Origin: a virus
Virus record (IMG/VR): IMGVR_UViG_3300032053_000032
Location: 21,028 to 85,027 of that record
Reading direction: 5' to 3' (one strand)
Length of the DNA stretch: 64,000 nucleotides
Shown: one piece after another, positions 27,518-35,401 of the stretch
Position numbering within the stretch: position 1 is the first letter of the stretch
Layout: each line of letters opens with the position of its first letter
Made by a program: the position numbers and the translations under genes
The notes under the pieces: generated by a model
Databases searched by the model: none
The model's input: the letters and a program-made list of their open reading frames with translations, nothing else
What the model was told of the DNA's origin: nothing

Positions 27518-28486
27518 TTAGCTGTTGTCGTCCGACGAGGCGGCCGCGATGACCGCTGCGGTGGCAAGCTGGAAGGACACGGAACCGCTGGAGGCCGCAG
27601 TGGCGACGGGCGCCGCGGTAAAGGCCGCCATCAGGTGGGTGCGCACGGTGCTGAACTCCTCACCCTTGCTGAAGCCGAGCTTGCTGACCAGGTACGTCAT
27701 GCCCGCGCGGTCCGCCGTGATGGGCGTCGAGAGGGGGATGGAGGTCTTCCAGGTCTTGCAGCGAGCGACCATCGCGAGGCAGAGCTGGATGTACGCCTTG
27801 ACTTTGCCAGCGTGAAGGGTCGAGTTGAAGAGGCGGAACTCCACGGTGCCCTTGGTCCAGACCGCGTGAAGGTTCAGGGCCTGGTAGCGGCTGCCATCGT
27901 AGTGCGTGGGGTAGTTCTCGACACGGCCGTACCAGGCGCGTGAGAGGCCGCGCGAATCCTTGGCGATGGTAGCGCGCTCCGAAGCAGGAGCGCGGCGCAG
28001 ACGCTCGCAGAGGGTCTTGCCAAGCTTCTTGCAGTACTGTTCGCGACGGGGAAGGACCGCGAGCGACGTGAAGAGCAGATCCTGGTAGTAGTGCATGAGC
28101 GACGCGAGGTTGATGGTGTTCTGCGCCGTGAGCGACTCGGCGCCGACATGGACGTGGATGCCACACGACTCGTCAACCTGCGCGCCGCAAGCGCGAACGG
28201 CGCGAACAACCGCCTGAACCGTGTCGAGGTCGCTGTACACGAGGATGGGCGAGACGACTTCCGCGCCACCGTTACAGGGAAGCGACCCGTCGCGCATCGA
28301 CTTCCAGACGCGCCCGTCGGTGGCAGTAACGATCCAGGTATCGTAGCTATCGTGCGTGTGGGTGACGACGCCACCGACGACCGACTGAACGGCCTCTGCA
28401 ACAACCTGGCGGCTCTTGCCGAACGTTTCGACTTCGAGGCCAAAGCGGAAAGACTTCATCGACTCGGTCTGGTTCGCGGTGGTCAT
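27518..28486 (-). CDS. Putative amidoligase (COOH-NH2 ligase, Amidoligase_2)
   Basis: 'FGLEVE', 'DGSL', 'EVVSP', 'CGIHVHV', 'RYQALN', 'TVEFR'. Confidence 0.9.
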   Translation of the reverse strand: MTTANQTESMKSFRFGLEVETFGKSRQVVAEAVQSVVGGVVTHTHDSYDTWIVTATDGRVWKSMRDGSLPCNGGAEVVSPILVYSDLDTVQAVVRAVRACGAQVDESCGIHVHVGAESLTAQNTINLASLMHYYQDLLFTSLAVLPRREQYCKKLGKTLCERLRRAPASERATIAKDSRGLSRAWYGRVENYPTHYDGSRYQALNLHAVWTKGTVEFRLFNSTLHAGKVKAYIQLCLAMVARCKTWKTSIPLSTPITADRAGMTYLVSKLGFSKGEEFSTVRTHLMAAFTAAPVATAASSGSVSFQLATAAVIAAASSDDNS

Positions 28487-28928
28487 GAGAGGTACTATAT
28501 GCGTATTCTGTGCCAGTCGCGGTTTCTGCGGTCGCTTACGTGGTTTCGCACACTTAGCCGAATGACGTGCCCAAGCGAGTGCCGCAAATTGTCTCTAAGA
28601 GTTACGCCTACTTACGTGCAAATAGCTGAAATTGCAGGTAACGCGGAGACTGCAATTAGTGCATAGCTTGCCGTAAATTGTCACTTCGCGCTGAGCGAGC
28701 AAACGTATCCTTTATACGCGGTTTCTGCGGAACACGCGTACCCGGCTTTTGCGCTCGTAAGCGGCTAGTTTGACTAGCCTTTTGCTACCAGAAGCACCCC
28801 AGTGACTTCACCTACCTGTGACGCCAACGGCACACGGTCAACATGTTGACCGGCTAGGTAAGTATGAGGAATGACATAGCTGGCACGGGCAAACCGCCTA
28901 TGGCACAGAAAACGCATAGAGAGAAGAT
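28487..28928. promoter_or_regulatory. Divergent control region with twin sigma54-like (-24/-12) elements, direct repeats and a palindrome
   Basis: TGGCACAGAAWACGCATA at 28498-28515 (-) and 28901-28918 (+); CGCGGTTTCTGCGG twice; 18-bp palindrome at 28835-28852. Confidence 0.55.
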
Positions 28929-29459
28929 ATGTCAAACACCGGTTACGAGAACGCACCCCAGACGCTCCTCCTCGCTACGAACTGCGCTGCGTGCAATCGC
29001 CCGCTCTGCGACAGCGTCTCGGTGAACGCCGGCATCGGTCCCGAGTGCCGCAAGAAGTACGGTTACAACGATGACGCGACGCCCGAAGCGCGTGCTGAAG
29101 CGAACCAGATCGTCTGGTCCATCGCGGTCGCGGGCTCGACCGTCTCCAGCGTCGAGGCCGCGTGCCGTCTCGCTGAGCTGGGGTTTGGCAAGCTCGCGCG
29201 CAAGATCATCGAGCGCACCGCCGACATCGTCATCGAGCTGTCGAGCTGCGGCACCCTCTACATGGTGACCACGCCCTACAACGAGGCGGCCACCAGCGAC
29301 TTCCGCAACATCCCCGGCCGCCGCTGGCTGAAGGCGCTCAAGGAGAACCACATCCCCGTCACCTCGCGCCGCCAGCTCTGGAACGCGCTCTGCGCCCACT
29401 TCACCGGGATGATCGGCTGCGGTCCGTCGGGCGCTTTTGTAGTTCAGGCGGTGCGCTAG
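28929..29459 (+). CDS. DUF6011-like zinc ribbon plus HARP-like domain protein
   Basis: 'CAACNRPLCDSVSVNAGIGPEC'; 'PYN..FRNIPGRRW'. Confidence 0.7.
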   Translation: MSNTGYENAPQTLLLATNCAACNRPLCDSVSVNAGIGPECRKKYGYNDDATPEARAEANQIVWSIAVAGSTVSSVEAACRLAELGFGKLARKIIERTADIVIELSSCGTLYMVTTPYNEAATSDFRNIPGRRWLKALKENHIPVTSRRQLWNALCAHFTGMIGCGPSGAFVVQAVR

Positions 29460-29687
29460 TGGGCGCTGTCGACTTCATGTCGCAGCAGGGGCTGTTCCGC
29501 GAGCACGACGTCATCCTCGTCCTGGCGACGCCGCGCACCGTCTGCGGACGTCTCACGCCGGCCATCTGGCAGATCCAGCAACAGAGCCAGAACCGTCGCT
29601 GTCGGCGGTGCTACCCCAACGAGGTAGCCGCGCGGAGCGCCGAGCACGCCATGAGCACGCGCGTCACCGACGGGCAGAAAAAATAAA

Positions 29688-29745
29688 CGAAGAAATCGCA
29701 TTTTGCCCCTTGCACAAACTGAAGAAAGCGAGCATACTGCTTCTC
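29688..29745 (+). promoter_or_regulatory. Repeated leaderless promoter, copy 4
   Basis: TTGCAC-17 nt-CATACT-7 nt-ATG. Confidence 0.75.
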
Positions 29746-29877
29746 ATGGAAACGAACTCGAAGAAGACGACGCTCAAGTTCAAGGTGGTCTGCATGGAGT
29801 GCGGGCGCAAGTTCAGCACATCCTCGACGCTTCCGAGCTGCTCCAAGTGTGGCTCATCCGACATCGAGGTTGCGTAG
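29746..29877 (+). CDS. 43-aa zinc-ribbon cassette protein (METNS...)
   Basis: CMEC..CSKCGS; leaderless start. Confidence 0.65.
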   Translation: METNSKKTTLKFKVVCMECGRKFSTSSTLPSCSKCGSSDIEVA

Positions 29878-30651
29878 ATGGCGCGCATGGCCCGCGCAAG
29901 CCGCAAGCCCTTCCCGACGGAAACGGCTCTCCTGCCGTTCCTGGCCATTCAGGTCTTGCACTCGGTTTTCTTCCCCGAATGGCGGCATCTTCGAGCGTGG
30001 GACCTCTGGATCGCCGCTACTTCCGAACAAGTCTATGGCGGCTTCAGCACGCCGCTCGCCCGCTTCGGGGAAGCTCTCGCGTGGGCAGGAGCTGCCGCGG
30101 TCGCCCAGGACATCGTGGGGCGTTGCAGTGTGCGCGCTGAAGTGCGGATCGAAGCGGGCATTCAGGTGGACGCTTCACCGTGGGAGCTGGCGCAGCTTCA
30201 GGCGATGTCGACCGGCATCGTGCGCAAGGACCAACTCAACCCGGTTGCCGCGCTGTACGCCAAGTATCGCGCCGAGAAGTCGCAGAACATCGCGGTGCTC
30301 AAGAACGAGCACTTCGGCGCCATCGGTGACCGCGTGTCCGTCAAGCTCCGCGTCGAGATGGTCAAGGAGCTGGAGCCGAGCACCCAGTATAACGTCGCGT
30401 ACGCGTCACGAAACACCCGTAACAATCTGCGCACGCTCCTCCGCTTCGTGGACGACGCCGGCCGCGTGTTCGTCTGGTTCGCGTCGCACGCTGCAAACGA
30501 TGTATTCGCGCAGCACGGCGCCGACGGCCTGAAGCCCGTGAAGCCCGGTTCCACCTACAACGTGGTGGGTACAGTCCTCAAGCAGGACGAGTTCCGCGGG
30601 CAGAAGTCCACGATGCTCAGCCGCTGTGTCTTGACGGCGTTCGCCGAATAG
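29878..30651 (+). CDS. Conserved phage protein with C-terminal OB-fold-like domain
   Basis: 'HFGAIGDR..F.DDAG..FVWF.S..GTV..QDEFRGQKST.LSRC'. Confidence 0.6.
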   Translation: MARMARASRKPFPTETALLPFLAIQVLHSVFFPEWRHLRAWDLWIAATSEQVYGGFSTPLARFGEALAWAGAAAVAQDIVGRCSVRAEVRIEAGIQVDASPWELAQLQAMSTGIVRKDQLNPVAALYAKYRAEKSQNIAVLKNEHFGAIGDRVSVKLRVEMVKELEPSTQYNVAYASRNTRNNLRTLLRFVDDAGRVFVWFASHAANDVFAQHGADGLKPVKPGSTYNVVGTVLKQDEFRGQKSTMLSRCVLTAFAE

Positions 30652-30672
30652 TTCACAAACTGCAAAAAGAAC

Positions 30673-30703
30673 CTTGACACAAACTACACAATTCGCGTAA
30701 AGT
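30673..30703 (+). promoter_or_regulatory. sigma70-type promoter
   Basis: TTGACA-18 nt-TAAAGT with A-rich upstream sequence. Confidence 0.6.
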
Positions 30704-30749
30704 ACCTCAGTACCGTAAAGCACTTCACCCGCACAGGAGACACCACGCC

Positions 30750-31328
30750 ATGACGACCAAGACGCCTGCCACCAACCATCCGATCGGAGCCCGTCGCAAG
30801 CCACGCTCCAGCACCCCGGCTACCCCTGCTGCTCCCTCGCCAGCGGTTATTGCAGCGCAGCCGGCGACTTCGGCAGCGGAAGCTGCCGCCACCCCGGCCG
30901 TGCCCAAGCGGTCGCGCACCAGCGAGATCGCTTCGTGGGCCAACCGTCAGCACGACATTGCCAAGAAGCTGATCGGGCGCGTCGAGCGGTACGACAACGC
31001 TCACGCGGTGGCTGCTGCCACACTGCTCACCGAAGCGTCGCGCCTCCTTCACGAGGCCAGCATCGCTCTCGCGCAGGTGCCGGCAGACGCGGTTGCGCGG
31101 CGTGGGCGCCGCAGCGGCAAGGCTGAGATCAAGGTGGGGGACGTCTGCGGGATCACCTCAAAGTTCCTCGACGAGTACACCGACCTGCTCGCGGACGGAG
31201 ACATCGACGGACCGATGACGGTCCTCAAGACCGGCGTGAAGACCGTCAGCGTGCAGACCGCGAGCGGCGAGAAGCTGCCCATGGTCCCGCGAAAGCACCT
31301 CGTCCTCTGCAAGCCCAAGGCTGCGTGA
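30750..31328 (+). CDS. Hypothetical protein (Ala/Pro-rich N-terminus, SH3/KOW-like C-terminus)
   Basis: AGGAG RBS. Confidence 0.6.
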   Translation: MTTKTPATNHPIGARRKPRSSTPATPAAPSPAVIAAQPATSAAEAAATPAVPKRSRTSEIASWANRQHDIAKKLIGRVERYDNAHAVAAATLLTEASRLLHEASIALAQVPADAVARRGRRSGKAEIKVGDVCGITSKFLDEYTDLLADGDIDGPMTVLKTGVKTVSVQTASGEKLPMVPRKHLVLCKPKAA

Positions 31329-32188
31329 TGGGCCTCGCAAACGGGCAGAACGCGCTCGGGGTGGTCGTCGTTCCGGGCAACGAGTGGCTGGTCGCTGGGG
31401 CGCTTGTTCTCTGGAGGCTCTCCGGCGTCACCGATGATGATCAGCTTGGCGCGGCGTGGTCGCGCGCAGGGCTCGACCGCGCGATGCTTCCCAAGGAGAC
31501 GTCGCTCAAGGACGCGATGAGGATCGCGGTGCAGAAGCAGGTGGCGAAGCACCGGCTCGTGCGACGAACGTCGACGGGCTGGCAGATCGTGGACGAACGC
31601 GAGCTGGCCTCCTCCGACGATCTGGAGTGGACGCCTACCTGCAAGGTGAAGCTGGACAAGGTCGGCCGGCTCGACATCAGGCCCGCCGATCACGCGCTCG
31701 CGCCGGCCATCCGCGCCGCGTACGACCTTGCGCAGGAGACGCTCTCGACCAACCGCACGTCATCGTGGCTCGTCTCGCTCGTGCATCACTGCCGCGGCGT
31801 TTCGATCACCCGTGAAGGCGGGATGTACTTCATCCCGAACGCGCTCCTCCCGGTCTGGCGGACGATGACCGGGGCGATCCGAGAAGCGACAATGCACAGC
31901 ACCTACGAGATCCCGGCCATGACGGCTGACGACGTCGTTCGCCTCGTGCTTGACGCCGTCGTCGATGAAGCCACGAAGCTCACGACCATCATCGAGACGG
32001 AACTGGACACCGGCGATCTCGGCCGTGATGCGCTCGCCACCCGTTACGACAAGATCGTGGCGGTCTGCGCCAAGGCAGAGACGTACGAAGCTCTGCTCGA
32101 CAACCGGCTCGACAAGATCCGCGAACGGCTGATCACGCTCCAGGCTTCCATCACGGAAGCCGCTCTCGCGAAAGGGGACGACCAATGA
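31325..32188 (+). CDS. Conserved phage protein (DUF6744-like)
   Basis: 'GGMYFIP' motif followed by a helical tail; coupled to neighbours. Confidence 0.5.
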   Translation: MMGLANGQNALGVVVVPGNEWLVAGALVLWRLSGVTDDDQLGAAWSRAGLDRAMLPKETSLKDAMRIAVQKQVAKHRLVRRTSTGWQIVDERELASSDDLEWTPTCKVKLDKVGRLDIRPADHALAPAIRAAYDLAQETLSTNRTSSWLVSLVHHCRGVSITREGGMYFIPNALLPVWRTMTGAIREATMHSTYEIPAMTADDVVRLVLDAVVDEATKLTTIIETELDTGDLGRDALATRYDKIVAVCAKAETYEALLDNRLDKIRERLITLQASITEAALAKGDDQ

Positions 32189-32799
32189 TCGAGGTGGACG
32201 TCAAGACGATCGGCAAGGTCGCCAAGACGGTAGCGCGCAAGTACGCGCGCAGGTGCTGGTGGGCGGACAAGGAAGACCTGGAGCAGGAGGCGCTCCTCAC
32301 GATCCTCCAGTGCCGCTACACCTTCAAGCAGGACGTCCACCGCCAGCCGCACGAAGTCGGCGACCGCGGCGTGCCATTCGAGAAGTACGCCGCCCGCGCG
32401 GCCATGCTCGCGCTGCGGGTCTACCTTCTGCGCGAGTCGGCGCCCGTGTCGGCGCGTGGCAACAACGGCGCGATGGGGGTGCTCGCCGGCATCTTCCGTG
32501 CGCCAACGTCCAGCCTCGACCACACGCCTCACGAGGCATGTCTTCAGGATCAGGAAGTCCTTCACCAGCTCTGGCTCTCCAAGGTGCGCGCTGTGGTGGC
32601 GCGCCTCCTTGACGAGATGGACGCTACCGCGACGGGTGCAGCCTTCCTCGCTGAACCCGTACTCTTGCACGACGCGCGGCCGTACGAGGTAGCGCGGCGC
32701 ACCGGCGTGCCTGTCAAGCGGGTCTACCGCGCGGTGCAGCAGTTCAAGGCGTTCGCGGTGGCTGACCCGGAGCTGCACACGCTCTGGAAGGCCAGGTAG
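32185..32799 (+). CDS. Sigma70-family (region 2 plus 4) sigma-factor-like protein
   Basis: 'ARKY..DKEDLEQEA.L..F..RGVPFEKYA'; HTH 'EVARRTGVPVKRVY'. Confidence 0.75.
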   Translation: MIEVDVKTIGKVAKTVARKYARRCWWADKEDLEQEALLTILQCRYTFKQDVHRQPHEVGDRGVPFEKYAARAAMLALRVYLLRESAPVSARGNNGAMGVLAGIFRAPTSSLDHTPHEACLQDQEVLHQLWLSKVRAVVARLLDEMDATATGAAFLAEPVLLHDARPYEVARRTGVPVKRVYRAVQQFKAFAVADPELHTLWKAR

Positions 32800-32828
32800 C
32801 TAGTCAAGCGCCGCGTGCAAGATTCAAG

Positions 32829-32857
32829 TTGACGCTTTCGCGGAAAGCGCGCATATT
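32829..32857 (+). promoter_or_regulatory. Promoter containing the palindromic operator CGCTTTC-GCG-GAAAGCG
   Basis: TTGACG-17 nt-CATATT; shares the GAAAGCG spacer motif with the four repeated promoters. Confidence 0.7.
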
Positions 32858-32881
32858 ACAGGACACGCATAGGAGAATCGC

Positions 32882-33109
32882 ATGGGGACACAGGCCGAGA
32901 AGATGATTGCAGACGGGTACATGCCAGCGCCGGAAGTCGCGCGACTGGTCGGGAGGGACATCTCCAGCGTGTACCGCTGGATCACGAACAAGCACATCGA
33001 GGCAGAGCGCGTGGGGCGCGCCTGGTACATCAAGCGCACGTCGCTCGTCACGTACCTCGGGGAACCGGCCGCGCGCCGCTTCGGGATCGTGCTGGATAGC
33101 GAGGCGTGA
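32882..33109 (+). CDS. Excisionase/MerR-like HTH DNA-binding protein (HTH_17)
   Basis: 'EVARLVG..ISSVYRWI..IEAERVGRAWYI'. Confidence 0.8.
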   Translation: MGTQAEKMIADGYMPAPEVARLVGRDISSVYRWITNKHIEAERVGRAWYIKRTSLVTYLGEPAARRFGIVLDSEA

Positions 33110-33302
33110 CTTTCAAGCAGTTCAAGATCTTCGTCTTTGCCGCTATCGGTGAGGCGAGTGGCTCGATGAGCTTGAACTTGCCGTCCTTACAACCGGACGC
33201 GACGCTACCGAGGAATTTACCGAGGACGATTTCACGGCGATGCGGGAAGCACTGGCCGATGCTCTGGCCGATGCTCTCACTGAGGAACCTGCTGGATATT
33301 GA
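33106..33302 (+). pseudogene. Small acidic protein apparently split by a 5-bp insertion
   Basis: MTFKQFKIFVFAAIGE in one frame continues as WLDELELAV..EEPAGY* in the -1 frame. Confidence 0.4.
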
Positions 33303-33314
33303 AGGGGGCTTGAC

Positions 33315-34823
33315 GTGCATCTAGAAATCGGGAATCTGAACACGCGCGCGGTCACGGCGACGGAGGATGAATCCCGGTTTCTGCGGGAGATCCTCGCGTT
33401 CAAGGATGAGGCGGCGCAGTGGAAACGTGGCGGCGGGCGGTACGCCAAGACCGACGACAAGATCCGCCTGTTCAACCTCATGAACTCCAGCTTCCCTACG
33501 GGCTACCTGTCCATCGTCGTTCGGATGGCGCGGGAGGCTGGCTACCCGGTAGCGTGGACCGATACCCGCAAGACGCCGGACGCGGTGCGCCTTGCAGAGC
33601 AAACCGGGTTCGTACCGGACCTCGCGTGGCTCCGAGACTACCAGCTCGAAGCGGTGAAGGCTGCGCTCCGGCGCAAGCGCGGGATCATCTGGGCGCCGAC
33701 TGGAAGTGGAAAGACCGAGATCATGATCGGCATCGTGAAGGCGCTGCCTTGCAGGTGGGTAGTGCTCGTCCATCGCGGAACGCTCATGGACCAGGCAGCG
33801 GAGCGTTACGAGAAACGCACCGGCAAGAAGGCAGGCCGAATCGCGGGTGGCATCTGGGACGTGCAGGACTTCACCGTGGCAACCTTCCAGACCCTGGCGA
33901 AGAACGCAGGGAAGCCTGAAGCGCAACGGCTGTTCGCGGAGACTGAAGGCCTTCAGGTTGACGAGGCACACACGCTACCAGCGGGAAGCTTCTACACCGT
34001 GGCCACCCGGTTCCATCAGGCGCACTACAGGTTCGGGCTCTCGGCGACGCCGCTCGCGCGCGGCGACCAGAAGTCCATCTTCACTGTAGCGGCGACGGGT
34101 CCTGTGATCTACCGGATTCAGGCCGAGACGCTGGTTCAGGCCGGTGTCATCGCCAGACCGGAGATCACCTTCCACCCGGTAGCTCAGACCGTCGAGAAGC
34201 CTACCTGGCAGGGCGTCTACGGCGACGGCGTGGTGCGCTCGGCCTACCGGAACCGCAACATCGCGGAGGCCGCCAAGCGCGCTGCGAAGCCGTGCCTGGT
34301 CTTCGTGAAGGAGATCAAGCACGGCAAGGCCCTGTCAGATCTCCTCATCGACGCCGGCCTGGAAGTCGAGTTCGTCTGGGGTACCGACTCCATCGAGGAG
34401 CGGAAGGCCGCCATCACCAGGCTGGAGCGGGGTGACACGGAGGTGCTCATCGCCTCGACGGTGTTTCAGGAAGGCGTAGACATGCCGTCGATCGCGTCGG
34501 TCGTGGTCGGATCGGGCGGACGCTCCGTCATCGCGGCGCTTCAGCGCATCGGCCGCGGGATGCGCATTCACAAGGAGACGGGCAAGACCACGTTTCAGGT
34601 CTGGGACTTCGCCGACCGCGGGAACAAGTGGCTGGAGCGTCACTCGAAGCAGCGGATGGCCGCGTACTCGGGGGAAGGCTTCGCCGTGGCGGTGAAGGAC
34701 TCGCCGCTCGTGGCTCCCTCGAAGCAGATGCTGAACGCGGAGGTCAAGCTCAAGGGAGCGCGGGCGCGCGCGGACGAAGCGCGAGCTGCCGCCGCAGAGC
34801 TGGCGATCAAGAAGGTCGGCTGA
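33315..34823 (+). CDS. Superfamily 2 DEAH helicase (UvsW-like)
   Basis: 'LRDYQ', 'APTGSGKT', 'DEAH', 'SATP', 'QRIGRGMR'. Confidence 0.92.
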   Translation: MHLEIGNLNTRAVTATEDESRFLREILAFKDEAAQWKRGGGRYAKTDDKIRLFNLMNSSFPTGYLSIVVRMAREAGYPVAWTDTRKTPDAVRLAEQTGFVPDLAWLRDYQLEAVKAALRRKRGIIWAPTGSGKTEIMIGIVKALPCRWVVLVHRGTLMDQAAERYEKRTGKKAGRIAGGIWDVQDFTVATFQTLAKNAGKPEAQRLFAETEGLQVDEAHTLPAGSFYTVATRFHQAHYRFGLSATPLARGDQKSIFTVAATGPVIYRIQAETLVQAGVIARPEITFHPVAQTVEKPTWQGVYGDGVVRSAYRNRNIAEAAKRAAKPCLVFVKEIKHGKALSDLLIDAGLEVEFVWGTDSIEERKAAITRLERGDTEVLIASTVFQEGVDMPSIASVVVGSGGRSVIAALQRIGRGMRIHKETGKTTFQVWDFADRGNKWLERHSKQRMAAYSGEGFAVAVKDSPLVAPSKQMLNAEVKLKGARARADEARAAAAELAIKKVG

Positions 34824-35182
34824 TGCAGAAGCCTGGCGGTAGGGTCGCGTGGGACGACGAAGGGCTCATCCGACTGATGATCGTGACCGCGGGGGAAGCG
34901 GGCACCGGAACGGTTATCCTCGATCACGTCGAGACGGGATGGCATGGCTGCCTGCACATACGGGACGTGAACAGCCAGTGGTTGACACCTCTCGATGATG
35001 AGGCCGCTGCGGTGCTCTCAGAGGCTGCACTCGGTGCCCGGCTAGGGACGCTCGCCTCAACACGGACGACCTCGTCCAGCCGGGCGCGATCAGCCCTACA
35101 CGGGCACGAGCCCGGCTCCTGGGGTGAAGGGGGCGCACACGGGTCGCAAGCGGGCCAAGCTCGTCCTCCCAGAAGAAAATAG
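34823..35182 (+). CDS. Hypothetical protein
   Basis: TGATG coupling with the helicase. Confidence 0.4.
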   Translation: MQKPGGRVAWDDEGLIRLMIVTAGEAGTGTVILDHVETGWHGCLHIRDVNSQWLTPLDDEAAAVLSEAALGARLGTLASTRTTSSSRARSALHGHEPGSWGEGGAHGSQAGQARPPRRK

Positions 35183-35235
35183 TTGCCACGGATGCCCAAG
35201 ACCGCGTACGGTTTCCTAGTCGACCTGCCGGTTGA

Positions 35236-35401
35236 CCACTAGGAATGATGAGGTTCGTCGACAGAGAAAACGGGTTGGTTGATTACGACCTCTAGCACAC
35301 CTCTCTAGAGCAAACGTGCCCTGCCCGCCGGCAGCTCTGTCGACGTACCTCTTCATTCCTAGTGGCCCGCGCACCCCTTTTGCGTAGAGGTCATCGTGAT
35401 C
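35236..35401 (+). promoter_or_regulatory. Structured 5' leader of the replication operon (31-bp inverted repeat plus anti-SD loop)
   Basis: IR 35236-35266 / 35335-35365 (29 of 31); loop 35281-35297 complementary to 35381-35401. Confidence 0.65.

Noticed and set aside
22553-29761. CRISPR array or integron attC interpretation of the repeated elements
   Set aside because: The repeats are kilobases apart, have promoter geometry, and no cas or integrase gene is present
32882-33109. Excisionase indicating a prophage integration module
   Set aside because: No integrase, att site or host genes are in the window; HTH_17 proteins are often plain regulators
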